From a virus: a stretch of 64,000 nt of DNA. Below are positions 38,324-49,333 of the stretch, one piece after another. The stretch is taken from the IMG/VR virus record IMGVR_UViG_3300006224_000007, positions 1 to 64,000 of that record, one strand, 5' to 3'. The position numbers were made by a program, and so were the translations under genes. The notes beneath the pieces were generated by a model, which saw only the letters and a list, made by a program, of their open reading frames with translations, was not told the origin of the DNA and searched no databases. Each line of letters starts with the position of its first letter. Position 1 is the stretch's first letter.

Positions 38324-38998
38324 ATGAAATTAGTCATTGGGTGTCCTGTTTATGAAAGAGAATGGAGTCTTCCTAGATGGTTTCAATGTATATTTAATCA
38401 GAAGATGCCGCCTAAAAATATTGATTTAGTATTTGCTTATACAGAAGGAGCGGATAATACTCTTGAGGTCATTAATAAATATGGCGAAAAGTTTAATAGT
38501 CTTAACATCATTGATTGTAATGATTTACCCGCATTTGGTGATAGGGATTCTAAAAGGTTTTATTCGCTTGTTATCCTTCGTAATAGAATCCTTGAAAAAC
38601 TCAGAGAATTACAACCAGACTACTTCTTTTCTTATGATAGCGATATTATCATTCCTGAAGAAACACTTAAAGGACTCATTAAAGACAAGAAAGATATAGT
38701 TGGTCCTTGGATAGACTTAGTGCCGCCCAGTGGAATTCCTAACTGTGTAACTAAAATAGGAGAAGGTTTTCGTAGAAGAAAACCTTATGCACAATTCTAT
38801 CCTCAAGCTGGATTGTATGAAGTATCCTCAGTATTTGCAGTTTCGTTAATGATACCTGATGTGTTTAATACTTGTACTTACAAATGGCATTCAGGTGGTG
38901 AAGATTATGGCTTTGCTGAAGAAGTAATTAATGCTGGTTTTCATTCCTGGGTAGACGCTAATTTTATTGCTACACATCTTTATAAGAAGGATATATAA
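38324..38998 (+). CDS. Glycosyltransferase, GT-A (GT2-like)
   Basis: IGCPVY, LRN..L, DSD (DxD), GED..F. Confidence 0.8.
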   Translation: MKLVIGCPVYEREWSLPRWFQCIFNQKMPPKNIDLVFAYTEGADNTLEVINKYGEKFNSLNIIDCNDLPAFGDRDSKRFYSLVILRNRILEKLRELQPDYFFSYDSDIIIPEETLKGLIKDKKDIVGPWIDLVPPSGIPNCVTKIGEGFRRRKPYAQFYPQAGLYEVSSVFAVSLMIPDVFNTCTYKWHSGGEDYGFAEEVINAGFHSWVDANFIATHLYKKDI

Positions 38999-39235
38999 TG
39001 CAAATTTGCATAATGTGTGGTAGTTCAACTGAAGGTAGTATGGATGGTCCTTTTATTTGTGGTCATTGTGATTGTGGTATAAGACCAGATGGAGAAAAGT
39101 TTACTGTGGATGATGCTAGAAATTATTATATAAGGGTAAGAGAATGGAGACAGATGATACAAGAAATTCTTCCTAATGGCGATAGTTTTGATGTTGCCAC
39201 TATGAAATTTTATAAAGAGAAAGGTTCTATTTTCA

Positions 39236-41572
39236 ATGCCACATAATCAACCACATATTCAGAAACTATTAGAAGACCGTTATTATCTTCGTGATGAAGA
39301 AGGTAATCTTCTAGAAGATGACCCAAAGCAGATGTTCTCAAGAGTAGCTATTGAAGTCTCTGAAGCAGAAACAAACTTTGATACTAAGCTTGAATGGCAA
39401 AGAAAATTCTATGACTTAATGGCGGAAAATAAATTTCTTCCTAATACTCCATTACTTATCAATGCTGGTAAACCAAAACCAGGATGCTTCTCTGCTTGTT
39501 TTGTACTGCCAGTAGAAGATTCTATGATAGGAATCTTTGAAGCAGTAAAACAATCTGCTTTGATTATGAAAGCTGGCGGTGGAGTAGGCTATAACTTTGG
39601 TCGCTTGAGAGAAAAAGGTGCGATAGTAAAATCAACTGGTCATAAAGCTAGTGGTCCTGTATCTTTCATGCAAGCATTTGATTCTATGATTGATACTGTA
39701 GCTCAAGGTGGAACTAGAAGAGGCGCGGCAATAGCTGTTCTTCCAGTATGGCATCCTGATATAGAAGAATTCATTGAAATGAAAGATGCCGGTGGGTTCA
39801 GCAATTTTAATATCTCTGTTGGTATTACAGATGACTTTATGGAAAATGTAGAAGAGGATGATGACTGGTACTTAATACCTCCAGCCTATATTTCCTTGTC
39901 AAAAATTCCCACTATGTATTTAAAAACAGTTAAAGCTAGAGAGTTATGGAATAAGATAGTAGAACATGCATGGAAAACTGGCGACCCTGGATTAGTATTT
40001 CTTGATACTATTAATAGAGCGCATCCATTAGAGGAAGAGATAGAAGCTACAAATCCTTGTGGAGAGATTCCTCTCAGACCATACGAGAGTTGTAATCTTG
40101 GTAGTATTAATCTTATGGCCTATATAACTGACAAAGGATTACAGACTCAGGGAATGGGTATGCCTAAAGCATACTACTTTGATTGGGATGCCTTAGCAAA
40201 AGATATTCCTACTATGGTTCGTTTTCTTGATGATGTTATTGATGTTAATCCTTTCCCTCTTCCCGAAATTGATAAAGCTAGTAAGGAAAGTCGTAAGATT
40301 GGTCTTGGTATTATGGGATGGGCAGATTGTCTTATCCAGATGAAAATTCCTTATGGTAGTCAAGAAGCTCTTGATTTAGCTGAACAATTAATGCTCTTTA
40401 TTAAATCCGAAGCGATTAAAGCATCATCTGAGTTAGGAAAAGAAAAAGGCTTGTATCCTCTATGTACTCATGAAGGAGAAGGTTTCGGCAGAGATAGAAG
40501 AAATGCTACTCTTCTTTGTGTCGCTCCTACTGGAACTATTAGTAGAATGGCTGGAGTTAGCTCAGGAATAGAACCTATCTTTGCTTGGGAAACTCACCAT
40601 AAACTAGTAGACCTAGAGTATGACGAAACTCATTGGGCAATTCCTGAATGGCATAAACATTGTACTGATTTAGACTGGGCAGAACCAGAAGGTGGTACAG
40701 GTAAAAAACCTAGCTGGATGAAAACAGCTAATGAGATTCCTTGGGGATGGCATCTTAAAATGCAAGCTACCTTTCAAAAGTATGTGGATAATAGTATAAG
40801 TAAAACTATTAATCTACCAAATGAAACTGCTAAAGAATGTATAGATTTAGTTTATACAGAAGCATGGAAATTAGGATTAAAAGGAATAACTATTTATAGA
40901 GATAAGTGTAAAGAGAATCAACCCTTAAATAAGATTGTTAGTCTTCCTGACTATCATATTAATGATTCTGAGCCGCTTGAACAAGCTATAGCTAAACTAC
41001 AACCTATTTATAGAAAACGTGGTCCTGTAGCACCAGGAGTAACTCATAAAGTAGATACCGGCAAGGGAAAAATCTATATCACTATTAACTATAGTGAGTA
41101 TCATTCTGAGCCAGTAGAAGTATTTATCAGATTAGGGCATCTTTCTACTTCAACTGAAGCTGCCTTAGCAGAGTACACAGGAAGACTCATTAGTTTGCTC
41201 TTGAAGCATAATATTTCTATTGATAATATTGTTCGCCAAGGAAATAAGGTATACGGAGACAATGTTTTCTGGTATAATCAAGAGTCGTTCTGTAGCTTTC
41301 CCAAGCTGATTTCTCACCTTCTCAGTTTTACTTTTGATGAAGCTATGGATATGGCTGGAATGGATTTTGATTCTATGATGGAGAATGGTCACGATGAAGA
41401 GGAAGAAGACACTCCTTATGAACCAATTCCCCATGATAAAGATTCCTTTAATGAACTTTTACACAGTAGAGTTACTGGTGGAGAGTATTGCTATGAGTGC
41501 GGTAACTATGCTATAATCGGTGAAGGTGGTTGCAAAGTATGTCAGAATTGTGGATTTGAAGAGTGCGGATAA
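39236..41572 (+). CDS. nrdJ: Class II (adenosylcobalamin-dependent) ribonucleotide reductase
   Basis: PNTP.L.NAG, SACFV, TNPCGE, CNLGS, APTGTIS, KGITIYRD; C-terminal zinc ribbon; no beta-subunit gene nearby. Confidence 0.92.
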   Translation: MPHNQPHIQKLLEDRYYLRDEEGNLLEDDPKQMFSRVAIEVSEAETNFDTKLEWQRKFYDLMAENKFLPNTPLLINAGKPKPGCFSACFVLPVEDSMIGIFEAVKQSALIMKAGGGVGYNFGRLREKGAIVKSTGHKASGPVSFMQAFDSMIDTVAQGGTRRGAAIAVLPVWHPDIEEFIEMKDAGGFSNFNISVGITDDFMENVEEDDDWYLIPPAYISLSKIPTMYLKTVKARELWNKIVEHAWKTGDPGLVFLDTINRAHPLEEEIEATNPCGEIPLRPYESCNLGSINLMAYITDKGLQTQGMGMPKAYYFDWDALAKDIPTMVRFLDDVIDVNPFPLPEIDKASKESRKIGLGIMGWADCLIQMKIPYGSQEALDLAEQLMLFIKSEAIKASSELGKEKGLYPLCTHEGEGFGRDRRNATLLCVAPTGTISRMAGVSSGIEPIFAWETHHKLVDLEYDETHWAIPEWHKHCTDLDWAEPEGGTGKKPSWMKTANEIPWGWHLKMQATFQKYVDNSISKTINLPNETAKECIDLVYTEAWKLGLKGITIYRDKCKENQPLNKIVSLPDYHINDSEPLEQAIAKLQPIYRKRGPVAPGVTHKVDTGKGKIYITINYSEYHSEPVEVFIRLGHLSTSTEAALAEYTGRLISLLLKHNISIDNIVRQGNKVYGDNVFWYNQESFCSFPKLISHLLSFTFDEAMDMAGMDFDSMMENGHDEEEEDTPYEPIPHDKDSFNELLHSRVTGGEYCYECGNYAIIGEGGCKVCQNCGFEECG

Positions 41573-42778
41573 AGGAGATAACATGATTATTGTGACTGTC
41601 GATGATTATTCTGGTAAGGAAGAGAAGTTTGAAAAAGGGCATTATTGGGAGGTTCGTAGTGGATTTCTCATGATATTTTCTGCTACTTGTGAACTTCTTG
41701 CTACGTTTGATTCCTGGAAATATGTAAGAAAGGTATAATTATGAAGTGTCCAAATTGTGGTGAGACAAGAGTATCATGGAAGAAAGAGTTATGGGGTGCT
41801 GGTGCGCCTCAATTCTGGTCTGCTAAAAAAGAAATAAAGTTTCTTTGTGGTGGAAGCTATGTTTATGATGAAGTAGAAAATACTTATGAAGAGACATATC
41901 CATGTGGGAGAAAAAATGACAACAAGAAATAAAACTTTTTATGATGGAGAACTAGCTAAAATTAAGGTTGCTCTAGAAAATCCTAAGCTATATAAAAGTA
42001 AGCAAACAGATGAAATGCGTGGTATAAATGATTATCACGTTAGAGCTATAATGAAAGCCATTACTCCTATTCTCATTGAGAGTTTTGATTCTATATATGA
42101 AGAGGGTTTTCAGGATGGTGGATTATGAGAAAACCAAATGTAATTTGCCCAGCATGTAAAGAACTTCATCTAAAAGTTGGAAGCGATAATTATGTTGTAA
42201 TATGTGGAATCATATATGAGCAATATGAAATAGGTATGAGTAATTTTCCTAACTATACTATAGAGCCTATTCATTGTGAAGGCGATAAGTATTCAAGATG
42301 CCAAGTATGGCGTGGAGCTAAGGAAGCTGATTGGGCTAGAAAAGCAGGAAGATATTCTTCCTTAGAACAGGCAGAACAAATAAGACTATGACAAAAGAAT
42401 ACCCTTGTATTGCAATAATTCAGAGTACTGCTTACTTCAATGGGGAGCCTTATCATGATTATGAATGTACATGGGTTGGTTCTAAATATGCTGTCGTTTA
42501 CGTTAGCAAATACTTGTATGATATGGTTGGATTATCTGTCTATCCGTGGCCTTTAAAAATTCTAGAGGACGATATAGATTTTGGAAGAAGTATGGCAGTA
42601 GTCAGAAAAGATGTTGGTTGGCATTTTTGGTGGATGCTAGTTTCAATGTGGTATAAGCTATTTAGAAGTCGTGGTTATCGTCACTTTAAATGGAGAGTAG
42701 TAAAGACATTTGAAATATGGGGGTTGGCTTATCAACCTGAAGCTGAGATAACAAGTTGGAAAAATATAGGGAGAAAAC

Positions 42779-43162
42779 GTGACAAAAGAAAAATGGGTTG
42801 ATTTAATTTATGTAGCTGGTCCATATCGTGCTGAAACACATTGGTTAGTTAAACAAAACATAAGACTAGCAGAAGACGTTGGAACATTACTATGGTCTTG
42901 GGGATGGGTGCCAATAGTACCTCATTTAAACACCGAGTTTATGAACGGTGCCTATGGTCTTCCTGATTGGGTATGGCTTAAAGGCGATTTGGCTATAGTA
43001 AAAGTTTGTAAGTTTGTTGTGGTTGTTGGTTTATGGAGATATAGTCCTGGTACTATCGGAGAAATTAAATGTGCCGAAGAACATAATATACCTGTCTTAT
43101 ATTGGTCAGAAGATAAGGACAGATATTTCTTAAAAAATTACTTTGAAGATTGGAGAGATTGA
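42779..43162 (+). CDS. DUF1937/nucleoside deoxyribosyltransferase-like protein
   Basis: IYVAGPY, PH.N, W..S.G...E...A. Confidence 0.6.
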   Translation: MTKEKWVDLIYVAGPYRAETHWLVKQNIRLAEDVGTLLWSWGWVPIVPHLNTEFMNGAYGLPDWVWLKGDLAIVKVCKFVVVVGLWRYSPGTIGEIKCAEEHNIPVLYWSEDKDRYFLKNYFEDWRD

Positions 43163-43300
43163 ATGGCTAAGAAAGAACCAGAAGATAAATGTCCTAAGTG
43201 TGGCTGTGAAAATTGGCTAGGTACTAGCCAAGGCGCTTTGTGTAAAAACTGCGGCTACATTAAAGGACAAGCACCAGTACAACCAGAGGAAACTGAATAA

Positions 43301-44329
43301 TTGAATATAAAGATTACAGGGTGTGGAGACGCTAGAGACGGCTATGGTGAGATAACTCAGAACCTAGTTTTAGCTCTGGACAAATTAGGACATAAAGTGT
43401 GGTTGAACCCTGTAAAAATCTGGTATAGAAAAGAAACTTTAAAAGAACGGACAATTGAATTACTTGAACCAGTTAAACCAGATTTTGAACTTATAATTAT
43501 GTACCCTGTTTATGATTTTGGAATGATTCATAAAAAGGCTGCAATAATGACTATGTATGAAGCTCATAAATGTCCTGATGCTTGGGTTAAAAAACTTAAT
43601 CAACTTCGTCTACCTATTATAGCTCCTAGTCAGTTTGTTGCTGATATGTTTAAAACAAGTGGAGTTAATGTAGGTATATCTGTGTTAAATCTTGGAGTAG
43701 ATACAGAGTTTTATTCTCCCAAGCTACGAGAATTTCCAGAAGGAAGACCTTTTAGATTTCTTACGATGGGCAAACTAGAGCCTAGAAAGAATGTAGAATC
43801 GGCTGTTAGATGCTTTCAAGAGTCTTTTAAAACTGAGAATGTAGAACTTATAATTAAGACAAGAGAAAGATTTTTATCAAGTAGAATTAGAAATGCTGCA
43901 CAACAAGATAAAAGAATTCGCTTAATAGAACAAACTATTTCTGAAGAAGAACTTAGAAAACTTTTTTATTATGCTGATGCCTTTGTCTATCCTAGTCGTG
44001 GAGAAGGCTTTGCTTTTCCTCCACGATTTGCAGTAGCAACTGGTATGCCAACTCTGGTAACTGATTGGAGTGCTTTAGCAGAAATTCCTGGAGCTATTAA
44101 AATTCCCATTGATGGATTAGGACCAATGCCATCTTGTGGGTTTTCCTATGGACAGGAAAAGGAACTCCATATGGCCTATATTAATGAGCCTAAGTTAATG
44201 TATGAAATGTATTGTCTTGCTACAGACAAATCCTTGTATAAAGAAGCTGCTAAGGAAGTTTTTAAAGCTAGACAAGATACTTGGGAGGACTGTGCAAACA
44301 ACTTTATTAGTATGGTGGAGGGTAAATGA
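43301..44329 (+). CDS. Glycosyltransferase, GT-B (GT4-like)
   Basis: GYG, PS.F, RKN, DAFVYPSRGEGF. Confidence 0.9.
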   Translation: MNIKITGCGDARDGYGEITQNLVLALDKLGHKVWLNPVKIWYRKETLKERTIELLEPVKPDFELIIMYPVYDFGMIHKKAAIMTMYEAHKCPDAWVKKLNQLRLPIIAPSQFVADMFKTSGVNVGISVLNLGVDTEFYSPKLREFPEGRPFRFLTMGKLEPRKNVESAVRCFQESFKTENVELIIKTRERFLSSRIRNAAQQDKRIRLIEQTISEEELRKLFYYADAFVYPSRGEGFAFPPRFAVATGMPTLVTDWSALAEIPGAIKIPIDGLGPMPSCGFSYGQEKELHMAYINEPKLMYEMYCLATDKSLYKEAAKEVFKARQDTWEDCANNFISMVEGK

Positions 44330-45774
44330 CTATAGCTCTTAATATGATTGTTGGACCTTATGAAGAACCTTTTCTTCATGCAGCTATAACCTCTACTCTA
44401 GACTTGGTTGATGAACTTGTTTTTGTAGATACAGCACCAGAAAATAATCCTAATCGAGAAGAGTTAGAATCCTTTAGGGAATATAATATGAAAATCATTG
44501 ATATGCCTAGAGGGGAGGATAAAGATTTTAATTTTGCTATGGCAAGAGAATTAGCAAGAACATATACAACTATGGATTGGGTTCTTCGTCTTGATGCCGA
44601 TGAAGTATTGCATGAAAAAGATATTGAAAATCTTAAACGATTTACTAATGATGATAGATTTAATACTATAGAAATTTCTTTCTACCATTTTATGGTTTAT
44701 CCTTGGCTTTATCAATATATAGAACCAAAAGGAATTCTCATGAGAACTGGCAGTTTTTCCTGGATTAAGGACGTTCATGAAGTACCAAGAACTACGGGAA
44801 GAATTCGTAAAGAACATGAGATTAAATATTTTCATTATGGATATTGCCGTGGTCAAGAGGAAGTTTTTAAACGCTGGCAACTCTATGTTGAAATTGATGG
44901 AAGACCAACATGGTATCAAGGAGTTAATCCTGCTACGATATTAGACGATAGAATATCTGTGTGTCAAAATTTCAAGGGGGAGCATCCTATAGTAGTACAG
45001 GATACGCTGGCAAAGTTATTCCATGATGTAACCCCTTTTCAAGTGAAAGAGATTCCGAGGTATAGAGTGAGTGATAAATTTGTAGGTTTACTTCTTATAA
45101 CATATAATGATAAGGAAAATCTTGAGAGAATGCTTCTTAGTTTAGAGGCAACTATAGATTATCCAACTGTACTATACATAGCAGATATGGGTTCAACCGA
45201 TGGAACCTATGATTTACTTATTGATTGGCAACAAAAAATGTTTGCAATCAATCCTTATTTCAAAGATATTATTATACAAGCTTGGCCTAATCTTGAATCC
45301 TTAACAAAAACAATGAATGTTGGTTTTAAGTCATTAATGTCTCGTCAAGAATGTGACTTTATTGGTTGGATTCATCCTGATATGCTATTTGAATCTTGCT
45401 GGTTAAGTGAGTTAGTAGCAACGTTAGACTATCATCCTGAAATTGGTAAAGCTTGCTCTTTTAATACCAGAGATGGATGGCCTGTCAGTGAAGAAATTAA
45501 AGAAGGGCAAGAACAAGCCTATTTAATTAGAAGAGGTATTCTATTTAGAATTGGCTTGTTTGATGAAAAGTTTATTGGTATTGGTGGATATGAAGATTGG
45601 GATATGAACAATCGTATACGTCAAGAAGGTTTAAAAGTAGTCATTGTTCCGCGCTCTAAGGTATGGCATAAAGGAATGCAAACCCGTTCTAGAAGAGATA
45701 CTTCAGCAGAGCAGATATATAATGCTGGAGTATATCAAACTAAATGGAAGTCTCATAAAGAAAGCATTGAATGA
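44326..45774 (+). CDS. Two-domain GT2-family glycosyltransferase
   Basis: Domain 1: F..AR, LDADE, VHE, HYGY. Domain 2: D.GSTDGT, IGLFDE.F, YEDWD. Confidence 0.9.
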   Translation: MTIALNMIVGPYEEPFLHAAITSTLDLVDELVFVDTAPENNPNREELESFREYNMKIIDMPRGEDKDFNFAMARELARTYTTMDWVLRLDADEVLHEKDIENLKRFTNDDRFNTIEISFYHFMVYPWLYQYIEPKGILMRTGSFSWIKDVHEVPRTTGRIRKEHEIKYFHYGYCRGQEEVFKRWQLYVEIDGRPTWYQGVNPATILDDRISVCQNFKGEHPIVVQDTLAKLFHDVTPFQVKEIPRYRVSDKFVGLLLITYNDKENLERMLLSLEATIDYPTVLYIADMGSTDGTYDLLIDWQQKMFAINPYFKDIIIQAWPNLESLTKTMNVGFKSLMSRQECDFIGWIHPDMLFESCWLSELVATLDYHPEIGKACSFNTRDGWPVSEEIKEGQEQAYLIRRGILFRIGLFDEKFIGIGGYEDWDMNNRIRQEGLKVVIVPRSKVWHKGMQTRSRRDTSAEQIYNAGVYQTKWKSHKESIE

Positions 45775-46361
45775 TTCATATAATTGGAGATAGTCATTCT
45801 AGATGCTTTGAGCAAGATGGTGATAAAACTATTATAGCTCATTGGCTAGGAGCGGCTACCGCTCTTAATTTATGGAAGAAGAATAAAATAATAGAAGAAA
45901 TAATCCTTACTAATGGAAGAGAAAATAAATATTGGTTTTGCTTTGGAGAAATAGATTGTAGAATTCATATCTATAATAAACATATGGAAACAGATGTTCC
46001 AGAGTATGTACTAATAACAAATACTGTTAATTCTTATGTTGTATATCTTGCCTCTTTAAAATGCAAATATGATATTAGTATTCTTCCTGCACCACCACAA
46101 GGTACTCAAGAGAATTATTTTGAATATCCTCATTATGGTACTAGAGAACATAGGCAAGAAATCACCGATTATTTCAATATGTGGCTAGAAGAAATGTGCA
46201 TAAGAGAGAAAGTACCATTCAAAGATATATGGTATAATAAACCAGATTATAGCAGACCATTATGGGATACTAAAGATTTTAAAGAAGATAAATGCCATAT
46301 AAAAAACAGTGTTGCTCGTAAGCATCTGTTTAAATATTTGGAGGAACATGAAAATAGGTGA
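45771..46361 (+). CDS. SGNH hydrolase-like (acetyltransferase/esterase)
   Basis: IGDSHS, FGEIDCR, D..H (DKCH). Confidence 0.7.
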   Translation: MIHIIGDSHSRCFEQDGDKTIIAHWLGAATALNLWKKNKIIEEIILTNGRENKYWFCFGEIDCRIHIYNKHMETDVPEYVLITNTVNSYVVYLASLKCKYDISILPAPPQGTQENYFEYPHYGTREHRQEITDYFNMWLEEMCIREKVPFKDIWYNKPDYSRPLWDTKDFKEDKCHIKNSVARKHLFKYLEEHENR

Positions 46362-46983
46362 GGTAGAATATAAGGGCTTGAAATTTAAGTATCGCCATGA
46401 TACGACTGATTGGGGAATTATTAAAGAGGCGTGTGGTGGTCTTAATACTAGATTCTTTGATGTTAAACCTGGAGAATATTGGTTTGATATTGGCGCTCAT
46501 ATAGGAGCGTTCACTTGCTATGCCTTATCCAAGGGAGCAATAGTAGAGGCATTTGAGCCTGTTCCAGATAATTTTTGTTTATTAAAACAAAATGTTGCTA
46601 TTAACGGTTTTGTAGCTCCACAAGTTGAGCTTTGGAATAGTGCCATTACTAAAAATGGTGGCTTTATAAAACTTTTTATAGATACAAATAACTATGGTAA
46701 TTGTAGTATTTATGAACGTGGAACTTCACAAACGATAATAGTAGATAGTTTTCCAACATCAGATTTTGACAAGGATAATCCATATTGTTTAAAAGTAGAT
46801 ACTGAGGGTTGTGAATACGAAATTCTATCAGGATTAGATTTAACAAACTGTCAAAAACTAATATTAGAAAATCATTATTGGTTACAGCCCAAAGAAAATA
46901 CTATAGGTATCATTAAGTTAATGAACGATTATTTTAATCACTATGAAGAATATGGAGGATATATGTGCTATGCTTGGAAATGA
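46348..46983 (+). CDS. FkbM-family methyltransferase
   Basis: DIGAHIG, AFEP, KVDTEGCE. Confidence 0.88.
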   Translation: MKIGEVEYKGLKFKYRHDTTDWGIIKEACGGLNTRFFDVKPGEYWFDIGAHIGAFTCYALSKGAIVEAFEPVPDNFCLLKQNVAINGFVAPQVELWNSAITKNGGFIKLFIDTNNYGNCSIYERGTSQTIIVDSFPTSDFDKDNPYCLKVDTEGCEYEILSGLDLTNCQKLILENHYWLQPKENTIGIIKLMNDYFNHYEEYGGYMCYAWK

Positions 46984-47632
46984 TAATTTAGATTTAGAAA
47001 CTATCTCTGGAGTTTCTTATTATTCTAGAAAAGATACACTAGAAAAATATATTGTACAGCAAAACTTAGCCGGTCCTTATGAGCTATTCTTTTCCATAGA
47101 ATATGGGGAAAAATGGTATGATATTGGGGCTAACATAGGTGGCTTCTGTCTTAGAGCTTGTATGCAAGGAGTACAAGAGATTATTGCTTTTGAACCTATG
47201 CCAGTTAGTTTTGAAATACTTGAGAAAAATCTAGAGATTAATAATTTTAAACAGTTCGTTACAACATATAACTATGCTCTAGTTGGTTCTGATATAGAAA
47301 ATGTTACTATCTATGAAAAGACCAATAATACTGGTGGTTGTAGTATGTATGACAAGGAGAATTTTGGTCCTATAATTACTGTTCCAGCTATTAACGTGAA
47401 TAAATTTAATTTTGATGGCTGGTGTATAAAGATGGATTGTGAAGGTGCAGAAGAACAGTTGATACCTAATATTGATTTTAGGAACGTACCAAAGTTTGCT
47501 TGTGAATATCATGCTGGATTTGTAGGCATGGATAAATATGAGTGGGATAAAAAATTCATTGAAGAAACCTTTCCTAATACATACTTTCAAGAGCTACCTT
47601 TTGATACTGTTATGATATCGGCTTGGAGATAA
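46970..47632 (+). CDS. FkbM-family methyltransferase
   Basis: DIGANIG, AFEP, KMDCEGAE, EYH. Confidence 0.88.
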   Translation: MLGNDNLDLETISGVSYYSRKDTLEKYIVQQNLAGPYELFFSIEYGEKWYDIGANIGGFCLRACMQGVQEIIAFEPMPVSFEILEKNLEINNFKQFVTTYNYALVGSDIENVTIYEKTNNTGGCSMYDKENFGPIITVPAINVNKFNFDGWCIKMDCEGAEEQLIPNIDFRNVPKFACEYHAGFVGMDKYEWDKKFIEETFPNTYFQELPFDTVMISAWR

Positions 47633-48099
47633 TGACAAGAAAATTAGACATAGGAACAGGAAAAAAAAGACCTGATGGTTGGGAAACTTGTGACATAAGA
47701 CCAGGATGCGATTATGTTTGTAATGCTTTGCATGTTTCGTCACTAGGAAAGTTTGACCAACTATATTGCTGTATGGTGCTGGAACATTTAAATGGCTGGG
47801 AAGTTCCTCTTGCTCTAGCTGATTGGTATGAAGCATTAAACTTTGGTGGAACTTTAGAAATCATAGTTCCTGATTTAGAACATATTATGAAATTACTTCC
47901 AAGTGAAGAAGCCTTGCATAGACTCTTTGGTGGTGATAGAATACAAGATGGACCAGATGATTGTGTAGAACAATATCATAGATATGCCTTTACTAAGGAT
48001 ACGTTAGAGAAATTTGTTAAAGAGGCTGGCTTTTCTAAAATAGAAACTATAGTAAGCCCAGGTAAAATTTATTTAAAGGCGCGGAAAGGAGAAGCATGA
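47632..48099 (+). CDS. Class I SAM-dependent methyltransferase
   Basis: LDIGTG, VLEH, L..GG.L.I.VPD. Confidence 0.85.
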   Translation: MTRKLDIGTGKKRPDGWETCDIRPGCDYVCNALHVSSLGKFDQLYCCMVLEHLNGWEVPLALADWYEALNFGGTLEIIVPDLEHIMKLLPSEEALHRLFGGDRIQDGPDDCVEQYHRYAFTKDTLEKFVKEAGFSKIETIVSPGKIYLKARKGEA

Positions 48100-48890
48100 T
48101 AAGAGCAAAATTAGCAGGAGATAGAGAGATGCTGGTTATTAATGGAGATGAAGGTATCTCTGAAGAGCTTCTTCTTAAAGGATATCATGAGCCTACTTGT
48201 ACTGCTATGATGAAAAAAATAGTTTTCTATGGTAGTAATGTTCTTGAGATTGGCGCTAATATAGGTTACTATGCTTTAATAGAGGCAGAATTAGTTGGGA
48301 AAGAAGGCCATGTTTATGCTGTAGAGCCTGTTCCAAGAAATATTGAGTGCTTACAAGCTAATATTAAAGAATACAACATTACTAACATGACTACCTATCA
48401 ATTAGCAATAGGCTTTGAAAACACTTTGACAAAAATGAAACTAGCTAAGTTTTCAAACTCTGGAACTCTCATGGCAGATGATGAAGATGTTTCTCAAGGA
48501 TATAAAGATTGGTTTTATGGTTGGTTTACAGAAGAAATTGTTGTTGAACAAATGACACTTGATGATTTTAGAGAGCTTTATGGTGTTCCTATTCCAGATT
48601 TAATTAGAATGGACGTAGAGGGTTATGAGCTTGATGTTATTTCTGGAGCGCAAGCAACTTTAACACAGATGCCAAAAGAAAGCAATTTATTTATAGAGCT
48701 TCATCCTGTAGTTTTTGAGAATAAGTTAGATGCTATGTATACTATTTTAGAAAATCTTTATTCTCATGGGTTTAGACCAAGATGGTGTGAAGGAGAAGAA
48801 AACTTTCCTGTGCAACTTAAAACCTTTACCAAATATGTCTGTAGAGAAGGCGCACATTGTCCTCATGTTTTCTTTGAAAAGAGACAATAA
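48096..48890 (+). CDS. FkbM-family methyltransferase
   Basis: EIGANIGY, AVEP, RMDVEGYE, ELHP. Confidence 0.9.
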   Translation: MIRAKLAGDREMLVINGDEGISEELLLKGYHEPTCTAMMKKIVFYGSNVLEIGANIGYYALIEAELVGKEGHVYAVEPVPRNIECLQANIKEYNITNMTTYQLAIGFENTLTKMKLAKFSNSGTLMADDEDVSQGYKDWFYGWFTEEIVVEQMTLDDFRELYGVPIPDLIRMDVEGYELDVISGAQATLTQMPKESNLFIELHPVVFENKLDAMYTILENLYSHGFRPRWCEGEENFPVQLKTFTKYVCREGAHCPHVFFEKRQ

Positions 48891-49333
48891 TGGATGCAAT
48901 TGTTTGTATTTCAGGAGGATTTGACCCTGTTCATGTAGGTCATGTTAGAATGATTAAAGAAGCTACAAAGTATGGTAAACTTTTAGTTATCCTTAATAAC
49001 GATAATTGGCTTAGACGGAAAAAAGGTTTCTTCTTTATGGGCCAAGAGGAACGTGCAGAAATTTTAGAGGCAATAGATGGAGTAGAATCAGTTTTCATTT
49101 CCTTGCATGAACCAGAATGTGAAGATATGTCAGTCTGTAGAGAGCTTAATCTAATAAGACCTGATGCTTTTTGTAATGGTGGAGATAGATGTGCAGGTAA
49201 TATTCCTGAGTATGAATTATGTGAAAAGTTAGGAATTGAATTGATTTTTAATGTTGGTGGAGAAAAAATACAGTCCTCTAGTGAGCTTGTAGAAAAGGCT
49301 AAAGGAAGAGCTAGAACTTATTTGGAGATATAA
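48890..49333 (+). CDS. Cytidylyltransferase-like (HxGH) nucleotidyltransferase
   Basis: SGGFDPVHVGH, NGGDR, KIQSSS. Confidence 0.9.
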   Translation: MDAIVCISGGFDPVHVGHVRMIKEATKYGKLLVILNNDNWLRRKKGFFFMGQEERAEILEAIDGVESVFISLHEPECEDMSVCRELNLIRPDAFCNGGDRCAGNIPEYELCEKLGIELIFNVGGEKIQSSSELVEKAKGRARTYLEI